A DNA stretch of 64,000 nucleotides from Mytilus edulis (Eukaryota): positions 99,138,001 to 99,202,000 of the forward strand of contig NC_092344.1 of NCBI RefSeq assembly GCF_963676685.1, given 5' to 3'. This document shows, in pieces, positions 51,301-63,300 of this stretch. Each line of letters starts with the position of its first letter. Within the stretch, counting starts at the first letter, position 1. Under the pieces are notes generated by a model. It was not told where the DNA came from. It searched no databases and saw nothing but the letters and a program-made list of their open reading frames with translations. Position numbers and translations under genes: made by a program.

Positions 51301-54300
51301 TATAGAATATGGACCCAGATATGGATTTTTAAGTATTTTCAAGTAATCGTTTGCATAAAAATCTAGTTACAAACTTATTTTTGATTAATCAAGTTAAGAA
51401 GATGTTTAAGGTCACATTAGTAAGTAAACATTGAAGACCCATTGGTGGCCTATGGCTGTTGTCTGCTCTATGGTCGGGTTGTTGTCTCTTTGACACATTC
51501 CCCATTTTCATTCTCAATTTTATTCAGGGATACTTTTCAAATTAAACAAATTAATGAAAAGGAAGTTGCAATAAAATTTTATTTATAGATACTATTGTGT
51601 TGTGAGTGTGTTATTATTGTTTTTCAAAGCTAAGAGATAACGATGAAGACTTGTAGAACAAAATATTTGATTGTTTATTATATTAAAACATTTATTTTTT
51701 AACATCAGAAGAAGCTAAACGACAGTCGTTAGTTTCTGGTAGTGATATCACGGTTGTGCAGAATGGTACAGTACTCAATGGAAAGTCTGTCAATGGAACT
51801 GGTTCTGACTCGGAGGAAGAGATTTTGACATATCGTCTTAAAATCCATGATGCTAATGTCAAGGATGCAGGGAAATGGAAATGTGAAGTCAAGGATAAAT
51901 ATGGAACAGCATCTACATCATGTGATCTGGATGTCTATGGTAAATATTTTTGTATTTGACAAAGACTGTTGACAAATTTTTTGAGTAATGATAAAATTTA
52001 TTTCCATTTACTATTGACACACATTTTAAACATTTATAGACCTGTTTCACAAAATTTTAATTGATCATTCTCTGGAATTTGGAGTCTACATATGCATTTA
52101 AATTTTGATGCTCAATTGCAGTTAGAAGAGCTAACATAAATATTGAAATATGACATTAATACATTTATGTACTAGTATTCTTCACATATTGTCTGCATGG
52201 GAAAATGGTATGAATAGTATAGAAATATATTTAAAGCAGGCAATATGAACCAAGTTTTGAGTGAAATGTATTTCCAGGGTAGGACTTTTATTCATTTTGG
52301 TTTTATGTATATGATTGTGATAGTATTGTAACGTTTTCGCAAACCGGTGAGAACCTGTCAAGCTAACCGACAAAACTAACAACCAGACCAGACAGACACC
52401 AACAACGAACCAAAAGAATTTCACAGGAAATATAAATGCTCAAGATAAATTAATTACTATAGTACTGCTACCACAACGGCATATCACCAAAATATAGTTT
52501 CTAGGTCGGCGCCCAGTCTTTTATATGTGTGTGTGTAAGTCGGATAGATTTTTATATGTAATGTAATCAAGTATCAGCTCAGACTTTAGTTTGATGTTCT
52601 GAATGGAAACACAAAATAGTTTCAAGTGTATAATAACTTTTATTCACCAGACAATAATATTAAAAACAACTGGAACATGGATTAACAGCAATAAATCTCT
52701 TAAATCAACAATTAACAATAGTCCGTATAGATTAGACGAACATAAGATAATACTATAAAACAGCTACACCAAAAATCAACATTCAGGAAACACAGATTAT
52801 ATCAGCAACTCTCCATATAAATACATGTAAAATACTACACAAATAAATAAGACCCTATTTTCGTAACTCTCTTTTTATATTATAAAAAGATATATAAACA
52901 GCCACCCTACTATTCGAAACAAACGTCCACTTTTGCCGAGTTGACGCACCTTTCCTATTTAAAGTTAAAATTCATTATTAAACTTTATTCTCAAAACTTA
53001 GAATCTTTAGAAAACAAGAACGCTATTAAAATTCTGCCTCTGTTTAAAACTGGAAACTGGAACGGTTATATATGAACTGCATAAATAGTTACATTGCATA
53101 TATATATTGCAATAGAATCATATTCAAAACAGTGTAGCTGTGGCCATTGATTGACAACCTTAAATTATCCCATTGACTGGGGCATATTAGGTGAACGTGT
53201 GTCTGTAACGACAACTGCTCACTACTCACTTGTTATAGAATTTAAACTGTGGGGTCACCAAAGGTTCTTAACGCCTTTAATATTAAAATAGTTCGAAAAA
53301 TTAATCAGGAATAACTTTATGTTTTGATTTATATTATTGATATAAATCAAAACATCGTGTTATTCCGGATTAGTTTTTCTAATTTCTTTATTTAGGTGTT
53401 GAGAACCTTTTGTGACCCCACAGTTTAAGTGCCTTTAACAAGTACATAGTGAGCAGCGGTTGTTACAGACAAACGTTCACATAATCTGCCCCAGTCAATG
53501 GGATAATTTAAGGTTGTCAATCAATGGCCACAGCTACACTGTTTTGAATATGATTCTATACAGGAACTTAAACTGCTGCTTTAGAAAAACTGTACCTTGA
53601 AAGTTATGAGACAAGTTTATTTTACTGCTATCCGGAACTAGGGACAAGCTGGAACTGACGTAAAATACTATCAATCTTACGCTAGTGTTGTTATTTCGCG
53701 TGAGAGAAATTTCAAATATGGGTAAAATCCATGACCAAATAAGGAATCTTCCTTCTTAGGTAAATAACTTTGCACTTAACGTCTTAGAAAACAACGTCAT
53801 AACAGCCCAATTACAGTGAAAAGGTGCACAACGTCGGTGCAAAAATAGTTCGTAAGAAGCTATTACAATATTTAGAATAAAACTCTATTCTACATAAACC
53901 TTACATAAAATACTCTAACATTTCTCTCTATTTTGAAAAACATACAAAAATATAACTAAAACATGTCCAAGACAGTATACAATTTATACGATTTCTCAGG
54001 ATTGTCACTATATTTATCACAATACATGACTTCCGGTTAAAGCAAAAGTGAAAGTAACGTACATATTATTACAAGCTACCGGTCATAAAACCATGCTTTC
54101 TGTTACTCTGTTAACTTACAATATAAAAACATTTATACAATACATAGGTTATTATGACATAAAATACACACACTCCTTGCTATATACAATAATACTAAGT
54201 GCAGTCGTGGTAGAGACATAGACAAACAATGTCAACTTAGTTGAATTAAAACATGTAATCTCAATAATTCATAAAGTTTTCACAAGGTTTGATAAACAAT

Positions 54301-57300
54301 ACTTCCCAAAACATGTGAACAATATTAATGAAAATTTACGAACAACTGTTTTCTAAAATCGTCACAGTATTTAACTTAAAACCTCTAAACAACAATCAAC
54401 ACTCACTTTGTATATGAATGAATGTTTCAGATACACCTCCTAGCCCTGTTGGAGAAGAACCTAGATTTCTGATGAGTCTTAGAAATGTATCAACTTTAGA
54501 AGGAAAGAGTATTAAGTTGATATGTAGAGTCAGAGGTACACCACTCCCTAAAATTATTTGGTAAGTATTATTTAGTAGCAGTAGGATTGGGGTGATATCA
54601 TGCTATTTGGTAGTACGATTTAAAAATGATAAATATAAAGCAAAGATAGCTGACAATGAGTACAGCTTTTAAAATTATTTTTTCTTTCAAATTCTTGAGC
54701 AGTCTAAGCATTTCATCAACAGTATACCTAGCCTGTCAACACTGAATTGGGAGTTTCACCATTAAAAAAGTTCTGCCATGATACAATCAAGAGTGCTGAA
54801 TGTGATGTTAAGCACCAAGAACAAACCAGTTAATCTATTGTTGCTAACAATTTCATCAATAAGAATAAAAACGAGTTCTTTGTAAGTACATGTATAGATA
54901 AAGGTAATAGCACAACTGTTTTTGGTTATCAGCATACCAAGTGCTTTTCAACCTGATAATTATTGGCCATAGGCCTTTCACATCATTTACAGCCAAATGC
55001 ATTCAGTGTGTAGGCATTATACCAGGCAAGGGTAATATCTTTGGTTAGCTTGCTTGCTAGCTGAACTGTGAAGTCATTATTAGTAAAGGTATACTACCCT
55101 CCTTTCGAAGTAGCCTAGTCCTACAGACAGATAGATTGGTTATCTCTCGGACTAGTCTACTTTTAAACGAGAGTAGTTTTTCTGACATAACAATGACTTC
55201 ACGGTTCAGCTAGCAAGCAAGCTAACCAAACATATTACCTTTGCCTACACACTCAATGGAATCGACTGTAATGATTTAATGAATATTGAGCTTCTGGTAA
55301 TTTTCATTGCTGTTAGTAATAGGCTTTTTGGTTTATAGAATCATGCTTATTTTAAAGTGAACTTATAACATAAACTCCTCATCATTATTACTTGATCAAC
55401 ATAAAGATTTAATATTAGATCAGTTTCTAAATTATTGTTCAGGGGGAAAGAAATATCTCTGGGTTTTTATTTTCTTGCAATAAATTTTTGATTTTATATG
55501 AAATAATGATGGGTAATTTTTCTGACATCTACTTTAATTGAAGTGATTTTGACTTTAAAGGTATAAAGACAATGTTCCTATATCTAAAGATGATTACAAC
55601 TACCAAGTTCTCTATCTTAAAGATGGAACCATAAGTTTAGAAATATTTTATCCTAAGCCTGACAAAGATGCTGCAGTGTTCAAATGTGAGGCTCTAAATG
55701 ACAAGGGCTTGGTGACTTCTGAGGCCAAGGTCACTGTGCTTGCTAAGAGTAAGTGTATGGTAATTGTTAGTTATATGTTTTTGTGACAGTTTCATTATCA
55801 TATGCGAAAATTAAAACTTCCATGAATATTTTAAAGATTTGAAGGATGAAGACCATTCAAGAACTAATGCCAACAGGACCAATTTGTAACAAATGTTGCA
55901 GACGATAGATTACATGCACGTGTATATCACATACTTAATCTTTGTAATTCTAAATGAAAGGCAATGTTAGAAATCAGCACCTTTAACTAATGACAAGCAA
56001 ATTATAATGAATGTTACTCATGCAAGCAAGGGGAATTAACTCATATTGTGATAGTAGCAACACAAACCATTTGTTTTTACTAGAAATACATCTGTGACTG
56101 TGAGACAAAAAACCATCTTTCATCCTTCAAATTTAAACTCAAATTTTTCTACTTTATTAAAATTTTAACCCTGTAAAATTGTCACTTTCTGTATTCTGTA
56201 TTTGTTATACTGTCTATGGTTTTAAAGAAAATTAAGAGAAAAGGGAACATGTCATCATTTCCTTTTATTGATCAGACCTGCCAACTTTCACAACCAAAGG
56301 ATGATTTTTCCCATAAGAGGTATGCACCTGATTCTTGAAATATACCAGTACCTCTTAACAGGCATTTGAAGAATATTTAATAGCTTTTAAAACGTATGTA
56401 CTCATTCAAAACCATATACATGTAAAATAGATGCATTATGTTCTCTTGCTGTTGAAATCCCCTTGGAGATTTTAGAAGTTGGCAGAAGTTTTTTATGAAT
56501 GGAGAGTAAATTATGATAAAATTGAGAATGGAAATGGGGAATATGTCAAAGAGACAAAAACCCAACCATAGAACAGACAACAGCAGAAGGTCACCAATAG
56601 GTCTTCAATGCAGTGAGAAACTCCTGCACCTAGAGGCGTCCTTCAGCTGGCTCCTAAACAAATGTATATACTAGTTCAGTCATAATGGACGTCATACTTA
56701 ACTCCAAACTATACACAAGAAACTAAAATTAAAAACTTCACTTGTATTTCAAAGCATATGAATTTTTGATTAACTTTTTCAGACAGAGAAGAATCTGTCT
56801 CAAGAGATCATTTGTTGAACCTTTCCCAGTGGAGCAGAGCCAGAAGCGAAACACGTCGTGCAGCAAGTGAATCGCGCACCTCAACACGAGCAACTAGTGA
56901 ATCACGATATACCTCCTCCAGTTCATTGAAATCATCCAGCAAGAAACTGGAGGACTATTATATAAATAGAGGGACATCAAAATATGGAAATTATGAATGT
57001 GATGACATAGATGCCAAGTATGATGTATATAAACCAGGGTACACTCCTCTTAAATTTCTCAATACAAATGAAATGGAACCAGAAATGAGGTTGAAGATAA
57101 GATGGGGCACAACCGAAGAGTTCTACTTTCAAGAAAATCTGAAGAATAAATGTATCTTAGAAGGATCTCGTGCTTTTCTGAGTTGCTTTCTTATTGGAAA
57201 GTTGCCAATGTATGTTCAGTGGTACAAGGATGGGAAGGCATTACCGAACAACATTTATGAAAGATATGGAATCAGAGTAAGTCTTTAGATAGACTTTTTC

Positions 57301-60300
57301 AAAATTTTATGATTGATTGGTTGTTGGTGTTTAAAGCCATTTCCAGCACTCTCAGCTATATCATGGGGGCATTTTTAAAAATTTATGGTAGGGCAGACCT
57401 GAGGGGTATAGAACCACTAATCCAGGCTGGAAAGAACATTCACGAAAGTAGTACATTTGTAGATATTTTTAACAACAAAGTTCCTATGCTTAGCTGTATC
57501 TTTGTCAATAGATGAAATATTTGATATGCAAAGCTACAGACTAAAAGTTGATATTTGATTTGTAAAGACCAGTAATGTTTTAAGTTTTAGAGTTTTGATA
57601 TCAGACCCAATATTTTCAAATTGTAAAAATACTTTTAACTTACTATAAATTTATATTTCAGCAAATATCAGGACATCTGAGTCTAGAAATACTATGAACT
57701 GAGTTAGAGGATTGTAAATTGTTTGTTTTATATTTCAGCAAAGATCAGGACATCTGAGTCTAGAAATACCATGAACTGAGTTAGAGGATTGTAAATTGTT
57801 TGTTTTATATTTCAGCAAAGATCAGGACATCTGAGTCTAGAAATACCATGCACTGAGTTAGAGGATTGTAAATTGTTTATTTTATATTCCAGCAAAGATC
57901 AGGACATCTGAGTCTAGAAATACCATGCACTGAGTTAGAGGATTGTAAATTGTTTATTTTATATTTCAGCAAAGATCAGGACATCTGAGTCTAGAAATAC
58001 CATGCACTGAGTTAGAGGATACAGGAGATTATTTAGTGGATGTCAGGAATGAACAAGGCAGAACAAATTCCTCTTGTTATATACAAATAGAACGTATGTC
58101 CATCTATAACAGATAAATATATATGACGGCCAGAGACCATGAGTTTTGTATATGGTCAATATGTTTTCACCAAAATATTTTCCCAAATATTTAATGATAA
58201 AACAGAGTTAAACATTAAACAGACCTGAGTACTCAAACGCTAAATTTGAAAGCCATGCATATATAAAAATACCTAAAAAAATAGCCCTGATTAATCCAAC
58301 TTAAGGTAAATTTCTTGATAACTTTTTAATTTATCAACAGAAATTTAAGAAAAGTATGTTGTCAATCATGTTGGTATTGAAGCACTGATTACGGTAATAA
58401 TAAAATAATTGTCAGTTTCTGTCATAGGCAGTGATTCTCAGTGACTTGTAAGTATCAAATATTTTTAAAAACATTAATATTTAGATAACTTGAATTTCAG
58501 CAAGATTCAAACATGATATTGAATTTGAAAAGCCAACATTTGTGGAGGGAATTCGCCATATTCATGTAAATGAGGGACAGACGGCTACATTCCAAGTTAT
58601 TGTCAAAGGGAAACCTAGGCCAGGAATAAAATGGTAAGGGGAAATGTCAAAAGCAATCAATCATAAGACAGGAATAACAAGGTAAGGTTAAAAGCAATCC
58701 TTAGCTAGGAATTACATGGTATGGGTAAATGGCAAAGGCAATCCTTATCCAGTAGTATCATGATAAGAAGATAAAGGCTTTCCTATCCAGGGATAACATG
58801 GGACCGGGAAATGTCAAAGGTTTTCCAAAGCCAGGAATAACTTGGTGAAAAGAAATGTCAAAGGCAATCCCAAGCCAGGAATAACTTGGTAAATAGAAAT
58901 ATCTTAGGCAATACTTAGCCAGGAATAACATGGATGAAACATCTTACCCCACCCTCATTTTGTAGGCATTTGATGTAGCTGTTAGTCAATAAACAAAATA
59001 AAAGCAGGACATTTATACTATGGTCAGGTTTAGATATACCATTTGGTAGAAATTTATATCTTCCAAATGTTACTTAAAAAAAATCATAATTATGTTGAAG
59101 TTACATTTTTGTCTCTTCAAATTGAAATACAATTATGTTAGTAATGTAATGTAAAAAAAAAGAAATATTAATTTTATATATTTAGTTATAATTCAGGTGG
59201 CTGTTAAAGGAAATCCCTCATTAGCATAACCATTATAAAGATATCTTATCATTTATGTCGCCATTTATATCATGAATACCTAATTTTAAAATGTAAGTGA
59301 AATGTATTTGTTTGAAATTACAATGAATATTTTATGTAATGTAGGTTTAAAGATGGAAAGCGTATCCAAGTTACACAGAAGACTACAATCCACAATGGTC
59401 AAAAGGGAGGTAGTCTGCTAATGATCCACACATGTAACTTCTCTGATCAAGGACTGTATAAAGTAGAGGCCCATAATATGGCAGGAAGGTGTTCTGGATC
59501 AGCTAAGCTTTCAGTTTTTGGTAAGCTTAAAACATGTGCTGTATTTTGCTCTTTAATTTAAATTGAAACCAAAAATTAACTTGCATTTGTTTTTTATTTT
59601 ATTTCAGATCATATAAGGAGATATCTGTTGTATTCTATTGTCATGTTTTTAACACTTTTATCTTTTTATGTCATCACTTTTATCAACCGTTTTATAGACA
59701 TGCTATGATAAACCAACTTGAACAAATATAGTCCGCAATACAATATGACTTAAAAGTCATTAGGAACAAAATTATAAATACCATCAGGTTCTCTGCAAAC
59801 AAAAAGCTTGCAGGAACCCTTTAAATAATGCTTGCAGAAGTTTGCAGCTAGCTGTGAACCTCCTGCAAAAGTTTGCAGAAACAATTATGTTTGCAGTAAG
59901 ATTGCAGGAAAAACTAAAATATAAGGGATGTTCAATGCTAGATTGCAGAAATCATTGACAATTCTATATGTTTTGCACAAACATTGTAAGAAAACATTAC
60001 CATGGAGCATCAACTAAAATTTCTCACCAAATTTCTGACTTCGGATAATTAATTAATTTATTAAAAAAAATAAAAATATCAATCTGTTTATGTGCAACTG
60101 ATATTGTGCATAAAAGATAAAATAAGTTAGATCGGGCCTACTAATGAATCATTTATTTCATTTCATAGTTTTGTTTAAAATTTAAAGCAAATAAAAATTC
60201 AGCAGAGATTTCATTCCATAAAAAACAAGATAGAACTCATAAACTTGAATTTATAAAAAAAACAACCTGTTTTATTGGCAATTTTCTATTCTTTTTCCAG

Positions 60301-63300
60301 AATCTGGTACAAGGTTTATATGTGGTGAAAATGGAGATATCAAGATAATTCGCAGAAAAGATTCTTTAGAAGATGAGGAAATTGATACAGAGAATTTATC
60401 TTGCCAGATGCTTTCAAGTACCATGGAGAGAGAAGAAAGTTTAGCGGTCAATGGAGGTGAAACTGAGAGTGTAAGGGGTTTTGATGAAATGGACATTACT
60501 CTAAAAAAGAGTAAAATGGTGGCGACTGCTGTGAACGGAGACTTAGAAATTGTTGAAGCTTCAAGCAAGATTGAAACTGTAAAGGGATCAACCGAAACTA
60601 CAGAGCAGAAACAAACTGAAACAAAGACAACCAGTAAAATGACTACTGATATTGATTCCGAAGCTCAAAAGGCTCAGAGTTTGGTTGATAGATCAGAGGC
60701 TAAAAGTGAGATTTCTGAGTCTATGAAACTTACAAGAAGTTCAGACCTGAAGATGTCATCTACAACCACTTCTTCATTAAAGATGTCAGCGATTACTAAT
60801 GATGAGAAAAGTTCAGTTGCTGCAATGGAATCAATAGAGATAAAAGGTTTAGATTTTAAAAGTTCAACGGTCACAGAAGACAAAGGAGAATTACAGAGCA
60901 AAGCTGACAAATCAGGTGTTTCAAGGTCATTAAATGAATCAGAATCAATTGCAAGTACAGACATCTCAAAAGTTGAATCAGCAAGGTCAGTAGTTCAAAA
61001 GTCAACAACTGAGATGGAATCAAGTGGCTCTGTTACTGTAGACACAAATTTAGACAAAACACAGGATCAGAATAATGAGTGTGAGACAAAGACAGTAGCT
61101 AAAGAAGGTTACTCTGTGGATGGACAAAAATCTACAGGCAATCTGCAGAGAACTGCATCATTTGAAGCAATAGAAAAAGCCAGAAGATTATCAAAAGGCG
61201 ATGTTAAATTAGAAAAATTATACTCACCAAATGCTAATGGAAGTCTTTTGTCTTCTAAATTCATTAAATCAAATGGAAAACTTAGTAGGGGGTCTTCAAT
61301 TGATGAGTCTGAAAAACCAAGGAGAAAGTTAAGTAAAGCTGCTTCTGTCGAGGATTCAGTTAATGGGTTGGCAAGTAGACGATTAAGTAAAGGCTCTTCT
61401 GTAGAAGATTCAGTCAACGGATTGGCAAATAGACGATCCAGTAAAGGCTCTCAAATGGAGGAAACAGGGAATGGAAAAATACATAGAAAACTTAGCAAGG
61501 GACTTTCAGTGGAAGACACAGGAAATGGAAGAAGAAAAGAAGTGATAAGCAATGAAGGTTCCCTTGAAACAAAAGTTACACAGAATTCTTCTGAAAGCAT
61601 TGAAGGTTCAAAAGTCACACAGAGTTCTTCTGAAAGCATGGAAAGTTCAAAAGTAACTTGTGAAGCAGAACAAATTGTAACAAAAGGAGACCATCAGACA
61701 AGTAGTTCAGAAACAAGTTTAACTGTTGATTCAGAAAGCAAGGGGACCAAGCTGAAATCTGATGAGTCAAAGGATGAAACTTTAACATTAAAGCAAGAGA
61801 CAGTTGTAAAAGAAATTGTTCCTGAAAAAGCATCCAAAAATGTTGAGATGGAAAGTGATTCAAAACAAACATCAACAGAAATAACAACATCAGAAGACAA
61901 AGCCACAGAGAAGATCAGGTCAGCAGACAGCAAAAACTCACAAGAGATTGTGACCAGTGTAGATGCTGAAGTTGCAAAGACACAAACAATTGCAAACAAT
62001 GAAAGTGCTGGGGCTGAAGTTTCAGCAGATAAGGCAGAAGTAAAAAGTTCTTCTGAAAAGTTGGAGGACGGAATTTCAACCAAAGAGAAAGAAGATAAAA
62101 CTGACAACAAAGACTGTACTAGAGAACAAGTAAAGGAAGTAGAAGTTAGTTTAATTACAGACACACACACTAGTCCTGTTCCATCAGTTGAAACCACATC
62201 TGATATCAAATCAAATACACCATCAGTTGAAACCACATCTGATATCAAATCAAATACAGATGATGCAAAGACAGAAAGGTCACTTGAAGCAGAAACAAAG
62301 TCACATGATATAGGTGCTCAGAGTTCAACTAAGGAATCCAAAGTTGTTGAAACTATGTCAAAGGTGTCAATAGAAAGTTCACAGGACAGATGTTCATCTG
62401 ACAAAGTAGATGCAGCTGTTTCTAAGGTAACTTCTGAAAGTTCAGCAGTGCAAAGTTCAAGTGAAACAAGTCAATCAATGGAAAAGACAACTGAATCTAC
62501 AGAGGGAAAACTTATGGTGGAAACAGAAAACTCTGGAGCATCAGAGAACAAATCATTAATAGTAACAGCTCAAACAAATTTTGAAGAAAAAACAGAGGAA
62601 ATGAATTCTATTGAAGCATCATCAGTCAAAGTTTTGAAATCAGAAAAAGAAATGTCAAATGACATCCTTACCAAAAAGACTGATTCAGTATTAAGTATAG
62701 AAGAACAATTAGAAACATCAGGTGAAAAAGTAAAGTTAACAAAACAGACTTCAATAGAAGATAAATCCATGACAACAAAAGGTCAAGAAATTGAAGAGAA
62801 ATCTTTGTTAAGATCAGACAAGATGTTTGTTGGAGGAGAGGATGCAGAAATCACAACAGAAGAAGAAAGCAGTAAAACAGAAGAGAAAGAAACCATCTAT
62901 ACTACACCACCAAATATTGTCAAATTTCTACCAAAAGTTGTGGTACTTAAAGATGGAGAAACATTGAAGTTCCAGTGTCTGGTATCAGGTGAACCTAGAC
63001 CTAAAGGTATGGATTGTATAAGATTTATTTATTGTTTTGTCTCTATTGTTGGTCCTGTATCACAAGTGTAACAAGTCTTATTTAGATTTAAAACCTCCAT
63101 TTTGAAGTCAGAAGATTACCATATTTTGTATTTTTTGTTAATTATGAAAATCAGAAATTTTGGTTATTGTTCGAACCTGATACTGATTAGTCTGAATTTT
63201 AATTAATTTCGAAATTTAGTGTAACCTGATTAATATCTAAGAAAGGTAAAATTTTCATAAAAAATGCTGTTTATTTTTTATTTGTTTAGCTTCAAATATA

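Noticed and set aside
52557-54366. Possible solo LTR (TGTAA...GTCACA, reverse AATAAA) surrounding the 53112 hairpin
   Set aside because: Could not find a matching TSD or unambiguous ends.
60272-62770. Antisense ORFs overlapping the giant exon
   Set aside because: Expected shadow ORFs of biased codon usage; no splice or domain support.
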